Notes under the pieces: model-generated
The model's input: only the letters and a program-made list of their open reading frames with translations
Told to the model about the DNA's origin: nothing
Database searches by the model: none
Translations under genes and position numbers: made by a program
Part shown: piece after piece, positions 46,765 to 56,976 of the stretch
Numbering within the stretch: the stretch's first letter is position 1
Layout of the letters: the number at the start of each line of letters is the position of its first letter
Assembly: GCA_964394435.1 (NCBI GenBank)
Contig: CAYMXN010000001.1
Coordinates: 235,928 to 299,927 of the forward strand
Length of the DNA stretch: 64,000 nucleotides
Direction of reading: 5' to 3'
Origin: an uncultured Candidatus Saccharibacteria bacterium
GTDB taxonomy: Bacteria > Patescibacteriota > Minisyncoccia > UBA6257 > 1-14-0-10-44-23

Positions 46765-49700
46765 CTATTCGTAGCTGACGTTGGCGATGGTGAACGGAAC
46801 AACCGTTGACTCGATCGAGATGTTGCTCGTCGTGCCATCGTTGAACGTGATACCCGAGGCAGCGTTGATAAGCGCTGAGAGGGAGTCAGAGGTGTTGGAA
46901 CCGTTGTAGAAGCTTGAGGAGTTCACACGAACCTTAGCAGCCTTCGTGGTGCCTGGGTCAACTGTGTATGACGGGTTAAACGTCACAGAACAGGAGTTAC
47001 CAGCACCTGGAGTGCAAGTCTGTTGAGCTGCACTGCCGAGAGCTGAGTTGGTGTTGGCGTCAAGAAGGTCAACCGTGAAAGCGGTCGAACCGTTGCTGAC
47101 AGCCTGACCAGAGAACTTGACCGTTACAGTACCAACTACAGCCTGGTAGGCCGAGTCAGCCGTAAAGTTCAAGGTTGCAAGGTCGTCAACCGCTACACGA
47201 GTACGGCCAGTGGATGAACCAAGGACCGCGCTTGAGAGCGAGAGCTTCGTGCGGTAAACCGTGACAGTGTTACCTGAAGCAGAACCAGACTTCGTAGCAG
47301 ACGTGTTCGAGTCCTTACCATACGCCGTAACGAAGTACGTCGGCTGGGAGAGACCGAATGCGTGGGTGCTGTTTGAAGTGGCACCACCAGAGCTGTACGT
47401 CGCAACATCACCCTTTACCACGAGGTTAACCGTACCGTTTTTCGGAACGATAACTGGGTTGAGGCTGAAGGTCGCCGTAGCAACTGAACTGCCAGACATC
47501 GTCATCGAGATAGGACCAGCTACCTGAGTAGAGCCGTTCCAGAGCGTTACGTTCTGGAATGAAGCGATACCAGCTGAACCGTTACCTACCGTGTCGGTGA
47601 GCGAGATGTCGGTTACGCGGATGTCCTCAACGTTGTCCGCGGTAAGGCGGATCGTTAAGAGGGCGTTGCCGGTTGAACCCATTACTACGTACTTAGAAGG
47701 CGCCGTGTCGGAGCCAGTAGCGACCGTAAGGGTTGGACCAGACGAGATTACGATACTCTGACCGTTAACTGCACCTGGGAAGGTAATCGCCGAGTTCGAG
47801 ATCGAACCCAAAGCGCTCCAACCGATGATGTCGATAACTGCAGAGTGAGTCGCAGCCGTCGAGCTGGTCAAGATGTCGGCGTAAACGTCAATCGTTACTG
47901 AACCACCCTGTGGAACAGTGACTGGGGTCGCAGCGCTGAACGCGAGCGAGGTTTCCGCATCACTGATCGTTGGGCGGGTCGTTCCGAACTGAGTCGAACC
48001 GATCATAACCTTCATGTTCTGCATGTCGAAGTTCGCGTTGCTGTCCTTGTCAAAGGTAAGCGACGAAAGGGTCGCACCCTGGGCTGAAGAAGCAGTTACG
48101 ATGAACGAAGCGACACGAGCGTTGTTGCTACCAGCGATAAACGTTGGTGAGTTAAACGCTGAGTTTACAGCAACCGTGAGCGGAGTCGTCGTAACAGCGA
48201 GCGTCGCGCCGGTTACAGAACCGGATGAAGCTGACTGGAACGAGGTCTGACCCTCAAGGTTTGTGCTGTTACCTGGCAAGCTGCCCTGGAGCGTCGTGAC
48301 GTCAGCACCCGAGAGGATGTCAACGACGAGCGAGACTACACGGACAGTGTTGGCCGGAACAATGTAGTTAATTGGGGATCCGGACGTACCGAAGTGGCAA
48401 GTAATCGAGCCGGAAGCGAGCGTACACTGACCGGAGGAAGAACCACCAGCAACAGTGTTGATCGCGTTACCAACCTGACCACCTACGTCATCGATAAGGC
48501 GGATGTTTTGGATGTCGTCCGTCGGAGCAGTAGCCCAGTTAGTACCGGAACCAACCTGCGAGATGGTCGCATCTAAGAACTTAACTTTAACTGCCTCACC
48601 AGCTGCATAAATGCGAGCGCGGAGAAGAGTTACGCCAGAGGCACCTACTGGAATTGGAGCAGTTGGGGTGTCTGAAGCGAGAGATACCGTGATCGAACCG
48701 GTGTTGATCGTAATCGTTGTCTGGTTCGTTGAGGTGATGGAGACCGTGATACCAGTGTTGTACTGGGTGTCGATCGCCGTGACCTTAAACGGCTGGAGCA
48801 ATGAGAACGTCAAAGTGCGGTTAGGGCTGCCGTTGATGTCAGCGAAAAGCTGAATCGTCGAGTTACCCGTGTTGAGCACGATACCCTCTGGGAAGTTGAA
48901 GTTGGTGTTCGTCGCGCCAGCTGCGAGAGTCGCAACCTGCGTGCCGTTAACCAAAAGCCTCAAATTCTGAACATCGCCTGGGTTAGCTGAACCGACCATG
49001 CTGAACTGCATGTTGGTGAGCTTGACCTTGCTGTTAGAAACGTTCGCAGTCCAAGATGAAACGAGGACCGAGGCCGTACCAGCATCAACTGTTGAACCTA
49101 CCGCGTTAGCAGTAAGAGTCATCGTTGAAAGTGATGGGTTGGAAACTGAAGTGACAGTCAAGGAAGCGGTGGAAACTGGAAGACCAGTAACCGTCGCACC
49201 CGTCGCCGTTACACCCTTAAGCTGCCAAGCGAGCGTGTTGCCAGCTGAAGCAGATGAAGAGAGGTCAAGGCGGAGCTCACCAGTCCAAGTCTGACCAGCT
49301 GGGATCATCAAGTTGAGACCCGAGAAGGTTGCGACTGAGTTGGTGAGTGACTGGAACTGAGCAACAACTTCACCGGTCGCCGCGTTGGCGAGGTAAAGGT
49401 TGTTGATGTTGCTGTCAGATACGACACCAACCTTGTTGAATGTAAGGCCAGTAACCGTTACTGCAGCGCCAGCTGGAGCGGTGAAAGCGAAGCGGCCAGC
49501 GTTGATCTGACCAGCTCCGGCGATTGCCGAGCCAATTGGGTTGTTACCAGCGAGGGTAACGTTAAGAGTGGAACCGGCTGGGAGTGAAACGCCCGTGCCA
49601 GTACCAGTGCCAGTGTTCACAGAGCCAGTGAAGGCTGCGCGAGACTTTGCACCGAAGTAACCAGAAGCTGGGGTGATGCCAGCAGAAGTCTGCCAGGCCA

Positions 49701-50034
49701 TAACCGCCGCCTTGGTGATGCTACCGAAGTAGCCCGTTGGGGAAACACTGAAGTGACCCTTTGACGCAAGAACCTGCTGGAGGCAAGTAACATCAGCGCC
49801 CTTTGAGCCCACGGTGAGGTCGCGGGTGAAGGAACATGCTGAGTTGCCGCCAGTCGAGTTGTTGAGCTGGGACTGCAGGTTAGCCAACGTTGCGAGCAAC
49901 GCGTTGATCTGAGTCTGGATGTCTGAAGCTGATTGCGCACCGGCAACCGCTACAAATGAACCAAAACCAGAGAGCGTAGCCGCAGTGGTTACCGTCAGGA
50001 TTACTGAGGCAACCTTGTTGCTAAATTTACTCAT
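46765..50034 (-). CDS. Large cell-surface protein: signal/anchor, PG_binding_1-like domain, long Thr/Ser/Ala/Gly/Val-rich beta-repeat region
   Basis: 1089 aa. LTVGSKGADVTCLQQVLASKGHFSVSPTGYFGSITKAAVMAWQ is a peptidoglycan-binding repeat, followed by a TGTGTGTG linker and repetitive T/S-rich segments. Confidence 0.8.
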   Translation of the reverse strand: MSKFSNKVASVILTVTTAATLSGFGSFVAVAGAQSASDIQTQINALLATLANLQSQLNNSTGGNSACSFTRDLTVGSKGADVTCLQQVLASKGHFSVSPTGYFGSITKAAVMAWQTSAGITPASGYFGAKSRAAFTGSVNTGTGTGTGVSLPAGSTLNVTLAGNNPIGSAIAGAGQINAGRFAFTAPAGAAVTVTGLTFNKVGVVSDSNINNLYLANAATGEVVAQFQSLTNSVATFSGLNLMIPAGQTWTGELRLDLSSSASAGNTLAWQLKGVTATGATVTGLPVSTASLTVTSVSNPSLSTMTLTANAVGSTVDAGTASVLVSSWTANVSNSKVKLTNMQFSMVGSANPGDVQNLRLLVNGTQVATLAAGATNTNFNFPEGIVLNTGNSTIQLFADINGSPNRTLTFSLLQPFKVTAIDTQYNTGITVSITSTNQTTITINTGSITVSLASDTPTAPIPVGASGVTLLRARIYAAGEAVKVKFLDATISQVGSGTNWATAPTDDIQNIRLIDDVGGQVGNAINTVAGGSSSGQCTLASGSITCHFGTSGSPINYIVPANTVRVVSLVVDILSGADVTTLQGSLPGNSTNLEGQTSFQSASSGSVTGATLAVTTTPLTVAVNSAFNSPTFIAGSNNARVASFIVTASSAQGATLSSLTFDKDSNANFDMQNMKVMIGSTQFGTTRPTISDAETSLAFSAATPVTVPQGGSVTIDVYADILTSSTAATHSAVIDIIGWSALGSISNSAITFPGAVNGQSIVISSGPTLTVATGSDTAPSKYVVMGSTGNALLTIRLTADNVEDIRVTDISLTDTVGNGSAGIASFQNVTLWNGSTQVAGPISMTMSGSSVATATFSLNPVIVPKNGTVNLVVKGDVATYSSGGATSNSTHAFGLSQPTYFVTAYGKDSNTSATKSGSASGNTVTVYRTKLSLSSAVLGSSTGRTRVAVDDLATLNFTADSAYQAVVGTVTVKFSGQAVSNGSTAFTVDLLDANTNSALGSAAQQTCTPGAGNSCSVTFNPSYTVDPGTTKAAKVRVNSSSFYNGSNTSDSLSALINAASGITFNDGTTSNISIESTVVPFTIANVSYE

Positions 50035-50570
50035 TGATTTGTTTTTCGTAGAAACTTAGTTAAATTCTTTGTAATTAATGTGTGGTTGTTCCGGGAAATC
50101 ACCCCCTCTTTTGGCTCCTTCGCTTACCCGCCACACGTGACGGATAAAAGGATCGACCGCTACAAAAGCTTAAGGATGACTTTAGTAACTTTGTTGAGCT
50201 CTCTTACTTTCTTTTACTCCCGATAAAAGAAAAGAGCTTCGCACAAATGCGAAGCTCTTTTCTAGATTGGAAGTAATACGCTAAACGCAACTAAAATAAA
50301 CCCGCGGCTTGGCGCACAGACCTTTTATATAGAAAGCCTACATAAAAGCACGGCCAAACCGGTTGCGTATACCGTATTACCCCCACTAGACCAAGCCTCA
50401 CACTCGGGCTAATGAACGTACTTACCTAACAGAAACAGTATATCAAATAACGGAGAAATTAGCAATACATGTGGATAAATCCGTCAAGAAGGCGAAGTTA
50501 ACCTCATACACTGCTCATAAGGTATAACGAGCAGGAATCAAATCTATTACACCCCTCCCCCTGGGCAAAA

Positions 50571-51239
50571 CTAGACCCCTCCTAGGGCGTAAAAATTGGA
50601 TGGACCGCCATTACCCTGACGCGTCAATTTGCCGGTTTCACAAAGGTACTTAAGGTCGTAACGGATAGTTCGCTCGCTCACACCCGGCAGCCCGGCAATA
50701 ATGTCTTTGAGTTGCAACTTTCGCTCTGCCGACTTCTGAATCATTGCCACGATCGCTAGCTGCCGATTAAGCGCTGACTGACTCGCCTCGCCTGTACTCA
50801 CCTGAACATCTGGCTTACTTATGATTGCCGGAATGCGCTGTTCTGATTGCCTGATTGGACTCGCCGCCTGCCTGATTGCCATTAACTCACGGGTTGGGCT
50901 TTTCTCAAGCGGCTTTGCCGAAAAGATGGATTCGATACTACCCGATGGTAAGACCATTTCCAACTTCTGAATCTCGCCCGCAAGAAGCTCAAGTTCGCGC
51001 GTGATAATCTTGGCGTTGACCGGCTCGATCTCGTAAACACTTTTGCCGAGCGAGACTAGTGAGTCGATCGCCTCAATCGTACCAAGGGTGAGCTCGGTGT
51101 TTTTATACGAAACATTCTCCAGCAAGTGGTACGCGAGCACCTCAAGACGGCGGCGGAGTTCAAATCGACGAACGTATGCGGCAAGACGAAGTACTGCGTA
51201 GGAGATTTCTCTGGATTTTTGCCTAATGAATTGATTCAT
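50571..51239 (-). CDS. Putative winged-helix (DeoR/HTH_11-like) transcriptional regulator
   Basis: C-terminal LQLKDIIAGLPGVSERTIRYDLKYLCETGKLTRQG HTH. Start set at MNQFIRQK; could be 51281. Confidence 0.5.
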   Translation of the reverse strand: MNQFIRQKSREISYAVLRLAAYVRRFELRRRLEVLAYHLLENVSYKNTELTLGTIEAIDSLVSLGKSVYEIEPVNAKIITRELELLAGEIQKLEMVLPSGSIESIFSAKPLEKSPTRELMAIRQAASPIRQSEQRIPAIISKPDVQVSTGEASQSALNRQLAIVAMIQKSAERKLQLKDIIAGLPGVSERTIRYDLKYLCETGKLTRQGNGGPSNFYALGGV

Positions 51240-51282
51240 ACTGTTGCCGATATCATATGCCAGATAGTCTAGGCAAGTCAAA

Positions 51283-51316
51283 CAAAAAAACAGGCAACGA
51301 TGTTGCCTGTTTTTTG
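51283..51316. terminator. Bidirectional terminator after alaS
   Basis: aaaaaaa-caggcaac-gat-gttgcctg-tttttt. Confidence 0.8.
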
Positions 51317-53104
51317 TTATTCGACTGTCGCCCTAATGCGCCTGATTCCAGCTCCGACCGCCTCCTCTTTGACTATCTTGAACTTGCCGATTACCGCTGT
51401 GTGGTCCACGTGCGGTCCACCGCAAAACTCCTTACTAAATGATTCCGGAATCGTGTGTCCGACGTAGTACACTTTTACTTTTGCCGGATACTTTTGCTTA
51501 AAGAAGTATAACGCCCCAGTCTTTTCCGCATCCTCCTTTGCCATCTCGACAAATCCTACCGGCAAATCTTTAGCTACAACCCCATTTACGATATCCTCCA
51601 CCTTCTTAATCTCCTCCGGAGTGAGCTTGCGCGGAAATGAGAAGTCAAAACGCATACGCTCCGCAGTAATGTCACTACCCGCCTGATGCACCTCCTGGCC
51701 GAGCACCATACGCAGCGCCTGTTGAGTTAAGTGTGTGGCGGTGTGTAATCGTGTTACCTTTTTCAGCTCTTCTTCATTAGCAGCTTTGAGCTCACCGGTG
51801 TCTAATAACAACCCGTGACCGCCAAACTTCTTTTCCGCTCCGGCGCGAGATATCTCTTGGTGCTTTTTAAACTCCTTTTCGAAATCAGCAACGCTTACTC
51901 CTTTGAGCACCTCTGGTGCCATCTCTTTCATGAGTTCAAAGTTAAGCCCGAAAGTTGAGTTGATTAAAAACGCCTCTTCCACACTCAACGTCTGGTGCTT
52001 CTTAAGCTCCTTAAGCCCATTAGCAACTACTTTTTCAAACTTTTCTTGCTCCTCTAAAAGCACTGTCATAATCTCCGGCTTAGTTATTTCCGGATAAGTA
52101 GTGCTAAATTTTTCTACTACTACTGGAACAAGTTGCTCAAACAACCCGCCATGGATGTCATATCGGACTTTGTAGGCAAGGATACGGCGAATGAGACGGC
52201 GCAAGATATATCCCGCCTCTTTGTTGGCTGGGCGGACACCGTCAGCAATCAAAAAGATACTAGCGCGCATATGATCAGCGATTACCTTCTTCTCTTTTTC
52301 AGGAAGCTGTGGCGCGAGCTGACTAATTGCCGAAAGAATGCCTGTGAATAAGTCGGTCTGGTAGATGTTTTCTACGCCCTGTAAGACGGTTGTTAAGCGC
52401 TCAAACCCCGCTCCAGTATCAATACCCGGAAATGGCAACGGCTTAAGCTCACCCTTGCCGGCGATAAGCGACTCTTTGGAAACATTTGAGTAGTACTGAT
52501 TAAATACCACGTTCCATACCTCAACCCCCTTGCCTTGTTTTGCCAGATCTTCGGTCGGTGCGACATAGATCTCGGTTGTTGGTCCGCACGGCCCCTCGTT
52601 GCCAGTTGGCCCCCAGAAGTTATCCTCCATACCAAAGCGACGAATCCGCTCTGCCGGAATACCAATCTCTTTGTGCCAGATATCATAGGACTCGGCATCA
52701 AATGGTACTGCCACATTACCCGTAAACACCGTGACGTACATCCTTGCCGGATTTATACCAAGCTCTTCGGTCAGTAAGCGATACGCGAAATGAATAGCCT
52801 CTTTTTTAAAATAGCCACCAAACGAGAAGTTGCCGAGCATCTCAAAAAACGTCAGGTGGGTGTTATCCCCAACCTCCTCAATATCTCCGGTACGGAAACA
52901 CTTCTGAATTGAAGCGGTACTCTTTGCACCAAAGTCAGTTTGCGCATCAAGCTCGCCAGTATAGTACTTTTTAAACTGCTGCATACCGGCAGTGGTTAAG
53001 AGTACTGACGGGTCAGACGGGACGAGCGATGACGAAGCAATAGTCGCGTGACCGTTACGCTTGAAAAACTCGAGGAATTTTTTGCGAATTTGTTCTGAAG
53101 TCAT
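51317..53104 (-). CDS. alaS: Alanine--tRNA ligase, short form lacking the C-Ala domain
   Basis: 595 aa with a canonical N-terminus (MTSEQIRKKFLEFFKRNGH), editing-domain HTATHL and CGGPHV motifs, and an end at ...GIRRIRATVE. Confidence 0.9.
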   Translation of the reverse strand: MTSEQIRKKFLEFFKRNGHATIASSSLVPSDPSVLLTTAGMQQFKKYYTGELDAQTDFGAKSTASIQKCFRTGDIEEVGDNTHLTFFEMLGNFSFGGYFKKEAIHFAYRLLTEELGINPARMYVTVFTGNVAVPFDAESYDIWHKEIGIPAERIRRFGMEDNFWGPTGNEGPCGPTTEIYVAPTEDLAKQGKGVEVWNVVFNQYYSNVSKESLIAGKGELKPLPFPGIDTGAGFERLTTVLQGVENIYQTDLFTGILSAISQLAPQLPEKEKKVIADHMRASIFLIADGVRPANKEAGYILRRLIRRILAYKVRYDIHGGLFEQLVPVVVEKFSTTYPEITKPEIMTVLLEEQEKFEKVVANGLKELKKHQTLSVEEAFLINSTFGLNFELMKEMAPEVLKGVSVADFEKEFKKHQEISRAGAEKKFGGHGLLLDTGELKAANEEELKKVTRLHTATHLTQQALRMVLGQEVHQAGSDITAERMRFDFSFPRKLTPEEIKKVEDIVNGVVAKDLPVGFVEMAKEDAEKTGALYFFKQKYPAKVKVYYVGHTIPESFSKEFCGGPHVDHTAVIGKFKIVKEEAVGAGIRRIRATVE

Positions 53105-53201
53105 AGGTGAAATATGTATTATGTACTGTACCTTTTTTGCGGTCCGAAATCAAAGCGCCCCCGCTTTTAGGCGGGGGCGCTTGTTGACCTTATGTATTAG
53201 T

Positions 53202-54557
53202 CTAGTTTACAAGCAGTCCAGCGATAAAAGCGAGACGAATTTTGAGGTTACGGATATTTGCCCCTGCGGCCGAAAGATCTTTGCCGGCTGAAATACGCGC
53301 AGTAAGATCAGCGATTTTAGTCTTCATATCAGCGAGTAGTGCCTGAGCGGTCTCAACATTCTCGGTTAATACACCGCTCGCAGTAGCTAACTGGCCAACT
53401 AGGTCGTATTGCGTGCGGAGCTTGTCGAGCTCGGCCTCAAGGTCGAAATCGGAAAGCTGTACGCGTGCACTACTTGCGGCAGCGTAAGCGAGCTTGGCTT
53501 GCAAATAGGCGTTTTGAAAAGCCCCTTCGGATAAGAGCGCTTGCGCCTGCTCGTTGTTAAAGTTCGCACGAATAAGCATCGCTGAAAGCGCAGGAATTGA
53601 GTTCGCGCTCGTTGCGGTTGCGGTATAGATCTGAATAACACGTGCCGACGCCTTAATAGCCGCGTCAGCTGCGTCTTGGGTAAACAATCCCTTTTCTTCA
53701 GCAGACTTAATCACCTTTGAACGAACGACATTGAGCTGACTCTTAAGTTCAGAATCGACTAAGCGTTCGGCGATTTCCGCAAATGATGCGAGGCGGCCAA
53801 CCCCATCTCCAGAAAGCGAAGCGAGGTCATCCAATGTCGCACTTTTCCCAAGCGAGTGTTGAGCCTCTAAGACGCCGGCAAATTGTACGTATAAGTCATC
53901 AGCTCCGCGGCGCAACTCGATTAACGACTCGTCGTTTTTAACAATGCGCGACAGCACTTCGGCTAAGCGCAATGACTGATACTCGGTCTCACCACCAAGT
54001 GCGAGTTGCTCGGCTTTCTGACGCAACCCCTTTTCGGTTTCAAACGACTTGAGTGAAGCGGTGGCTAGGTCAACTAAGGCTTGATTAAGATTGGTCGCGG
54101 CCGTACGAATCGCCGGAGTCGCCGGATTAGTCAAAATATCATCGGCAAACTGGAGATGAACTAAGATACGCTCGGCGAATAAATCGACAAAGCCCGGCTC
54201 GATTTCCGAAGCTTTGGCGCGGTTAATGCGAGCCAGTAGTGTAGTTGCCGCTTTTTGGTACTGCGTTAAGCCACCGAGCATCAAACTCTCATTGTCAGGC
54301 GCGATACGCAATGATTTACCAACCTCGGCCGCTTTGTCATCAAGCGCACTTAACGCGGTCGTGAGCTTTGTACCCGAGAAAAAACGCTCAAATCCAACCT
54401 TAAATGCGTAAAATGGGTTGTTTGGTAAAATAGCCGGATCGCTACTGCTTAACTCGGCTAGTGAGACGGCGCCGATGATCGAAGACTGAATAGCAAAAGC
54501 CGGTACGGTCAAGGCGAGTGAGAACAAACTAATTGCGGCAACAATAAATCGTTTCAT
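53202..54557 (-). CDS. Secreted helical protein, DUF5667-like
   Basis: Signal peptide, ILPNNPFYAFK motif near the N-terminus, long alpha-helical repeats. Confidence 0.55.
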   Translation of the reverse strand: MKRFIVAAISLFSLALTVPAFAIQSSIIGAVSLAELSSSDPAILPNNPFYAFKVGFERFFSGTKLTTALSALDDKAAEVGKSLRIAPDNESLMLGGLTQYQKAATTLLARINRAKASEIEPGFVDLFAERILVHLQFADDILTNPATPAIRTAATNLNQALVDLATASLKSFETEKGLRQKAEQLALGGETEYQSLRLAEVLSRIVKNDESLIELRRGADDLYVQFAGVLEAQHSLGKSATLDDLASLSGDGVGRLASFAEIAERLVDSELKSQLNVVRSKVIKSAEEKGLFTQDAADAAIKASARVIQIYTATATSANSIPALSAMLIRANFNNEQAQALLSEGAFQNAYLQAKLAYAAASSARVQLSDFDLEAELDKLRTQYDLVGQLATASGVLTENVETAQALLADMKTKIADLTARISAGKDLSAAGANIRNLKIRLAFIAGLLVN

Positions 54558-54574
54558 ACGTTTGAATAGGAATA

Positions 54575-55804
54575 TTAGTACCCTTCGAGCATCGTCGACT
54601 TAAGGTGACCACGGATACGGAGCAAGGCTTTCGCCTCGATCTGACGAATACGCTCACGCGTAACACCAAACTCCTTACCTACCTCTTCAAGGGTGTGTGT
54701 AACTCCATCCTCCAACCCAAAACGCATCTGTAAAATCTTTTGCTCGCGCGGCGTTAAATCAATCAAAATTTCACGAATTTTTTCACGCAAGAGCGCCTGG
54801 CTGGCAACTTGAGCCGGCGTCAAACTCTTATCATCTTTAATAAACTCGGAAAGCGTCGAGTCATCGTCTGAATCACCAACTGGCGACTCGAGGCTGACCA
54901 CGTCCTGACTAATTTTCTGGATGTAGTGAATCTTATCGATTGGCATATCCATCTCACCGGCGATCTCTTCAACGAGTGGGTCGCGGCCAAGCTCTTGAGT
55001 TAATCGGCGCTTAACCTGCGTGTATTTACTGATTGTTTCCACCATGTGTACTGGAATACGAATCGTACGGCTCTGGTCGGCCAGTGCGCGGGTAATAGCC
55101 TGACGAATCCACCAGGTGGCGTAGGTTGAGAACTTAAAACCACGGCGATAATCAAACTTATCAACAGCGCGCGAGAGACCCATATTACCCTCCTGAATCA
55201 AGTCGAGAATCGAGAGGTTGGAGCTGCGGTTTACGTAGCGCTTAGCGATAGAAACGACTAAACGCAAGTTGGCGCTAATAAACTTTTGACGAGCAACTTC
55301 GTCGCCCTTTTCGATACGCTTAGCGAGCTCTTTCTCTTCAAATGACTTTAAAAGCGACGCCTTACCAATTTCTTTGAGATACATCTGTACCGAGTCCGGG
55401 AGGTTGTCCTCGTAATTAATCTCGGTAGCACGCTGGAGCTCTTTCTCGGTAATCTCCTCTTTGTCGCGCGGAACATCAATTAACTGACTCGTTTCAATAA
55501 CTTTAATACTCGACTCGTCGAGCTTGCGATAGATTTCGTCTAAAAAGGTCACATCTTCCTCAATGCGCGGGAAGTAGTGAAGCACCTCGGTATCAGTAAC
55601 ATAACCACGGTCCTTGCCGCGATCGATAAGATCGCCTAACTGTTGGAGGTTAATTTCTTCTCGCTTTTTAGCTTTTGCAGTCTTAGCTGATGCCGCCTTA
55701 CGGGCACTCTTTTTCAGAACAGTCTTTTTCGGCTTGGCGGACTTAGAACGTTTTGCAGCTTGAGCAGATTTTGCTTTTACCGCTTTCTTTTTTGGCATAG
55801 TCAA
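54575..55804 (-). CDS. rpoD: RNA polymerase sigma factor RpoD with Lys/Ala-rich N-terminal extension
   Basis: Region 2-4 motifs: [59 protein letters not shown]. Confidence 0.95.
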   Translation of the reverse strand: MTMPKKKAVKAKSAQAAKRSKSAKPKKTVLKKSARKAASAKTAKAKKREEINLQQLGDLIDRGKDRGYVTDTEVLHYFPRIEEDVTFLDEIYRKLDESSIKVIETSQLIDVPRDKEEITEKELQRATEINYEDNLPDSVQMYLKEIGKASLLKSFEEKELAKRIEKGDEVARQKFISANLRLVVSIAKRYVNRSSNLSILDLIQEGNMGLSRAVDKFDYRRGFKFSTYATWWIRQAITRALADQSRTIRIPVHMVETISKYTQVKRRLTQELGRDPLVEEIAGEMDMPIDKIHYIQKISQDVVSLESPVGDSDDDSTLSEFIKDDKSLTPAQVASQALLREKIREILIDLTPREQKILQMRFGLEDGVTHTLEEVGKEFGVTRERIRQIEAKALLRIRGHLKSTMLEGY

Positions 55805-55933
55805 ACCAGTATTAATTATAACCCAGATTTCCCTGACAAAAAAATAAGACTATCAATGTGCCAATCCCTATCACTTTTCTCGTATAATGACGCTTCAAAC
55901 GCCTTTATATTGACACAAATAGCCTACTGTTGA

Positions 55934-55961
55934 AGTATATGGTATTTTTGCGATTTGTCAA
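55934..55961 (-). promoter_or_regulatory. Putative rpoD promoter TTGACA-N16-TATACT
   Basis: Read on the minus strand about 125 nt upstream of the rpoD start. Confidence 0.5.
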
Positions 55962-56142
55962 TGTAGCCGCCTGCCTACCTAATAAGAGTAAATGACCACT
56001 AACTCAATGCTCCAGGCTATCTGAAATGCTGAGTTAGTTGCAGGAGAAGAGGTTTGAATTCTTCTCCTGCGATGCTTGAGGCGAACTCGTACGTTCGCCT
56101 CGACCTGTTGCGCGGGGTACGACCCGCTGTCTCGAGTCTCGC

Positions 56143-56976
56143 CTACGAGGCGAGACCCTTCTTCACCGCGGCGAGGACCACCTCGCCGTCGATTCCGCTG
56201 GCACCCCAGTAGGCGGGCTGTCCCGCCTTGCCGAGGCCTGCGCCACCCGACCAGCCACCCAAGTGCTCCTTCAAGCTGGCACAGAGCGCGCCGTCCCCGT
56301 AGAAGTTCACCTCCCCGTCCTTCGAGAGGATGAGGAGCTGGTCGACGGCCCCGTAGAGGCGGTCAGCGACCGCTGAGGTCTTCGAGTGGTCCATGCGGAC
56401 CACCGTCAGACGTCCGTCCACCTCCTTCGCGCCGATGGCGCGGAGGGCCTCTGTCTCGTGCGCGGGGGTCACCCCCTGCGCCGCACGGTCTAGCGCACGA
56501 ATGCGCTCGACCTCGGCGTCAGATGCCCCGAGCGCCCGCATCGCAGGGACGTACCCCGCGTCGTTGGCACCTACGAGCTCGATCCAGCGACGAGTCTGCT
56601 CGCTGGTCGGCATCTTAATCAGTGCCAAAACCTGCTGCACCGCCGGGGGACGGTGCGACTGGTCGCCGTGATGGTCGACGACCACCACCTCAGTCTGCTC
56701 CGGCCACTCCTTGGTCGGCGAGCACTCGACGAAGATGACGCATTCGATGCCGGCACACCGCGTCGACTTACGGTTGTGCTGCCAGAAGTCTGGTCCGGTC
56801 TGGACCAGGATCTCCTCGACCGTGAGGCCAAGGTCGCCTGCGGCGGCGTAGACATGCGACCCCCAGCCCTTGTTGGGCTGGACCCACTTCTCACCCGCGA
56901 GGGTGAGGAGAGAGCGAACGACCTCCATTTCGAGGTCGTTCCCGCCGAGTACGAACAAACGGTTGGCCTTACCCAT
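56143..56976 (-). CDS. GC-rich DHH-family-like phosphoesterase (divergent motifs)
   Basis: Trimmed to MGKANRLFVLGGNDLEME (GGAG SD). Motif spacing fits DHH proteins: NDLE at residues ~13-16 (DxD-like), VECS at ~83-86, VVVVDHHGD at 97-105, C-terminal GGWSGGAG (GGGH-like). 45/60 G+C at 56461-56520. Confidence 0.6.
   Translation of the reverse strand: MGKANRLFVLGGNDLEMEVVRSLLTLAGEKWVQPNKGWGSHVYAAAGDLGLTVEEILVQTGPDFWQHNRKSTRCAGIECVIFVECSPTKEWPEQTEVVVVDHHGDQSHRPPAVQQVLALIKMPTSEQTRRWIELVGANDAGYVPAMRALGASDAEVERIRALDRAAQGVTPAHETEALRAIGAKEVDGRLTVVRMDHSKTSAVADRLYGAVDQLLILSKDGEVNFYGDGALCASLKEHLGGWSGGAGLGKAGQPAYWGASGIDGEVVLAAVKKGLAS

Noticed and set aside
46765-50034. Diversity-generating retroelement targeting the large surface protein
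   Set aside because: There is no reverse transcriptase gene in the window, and I spotted no template/variable repeat pair by eye. A repeat search would be needed to exclude it fully.
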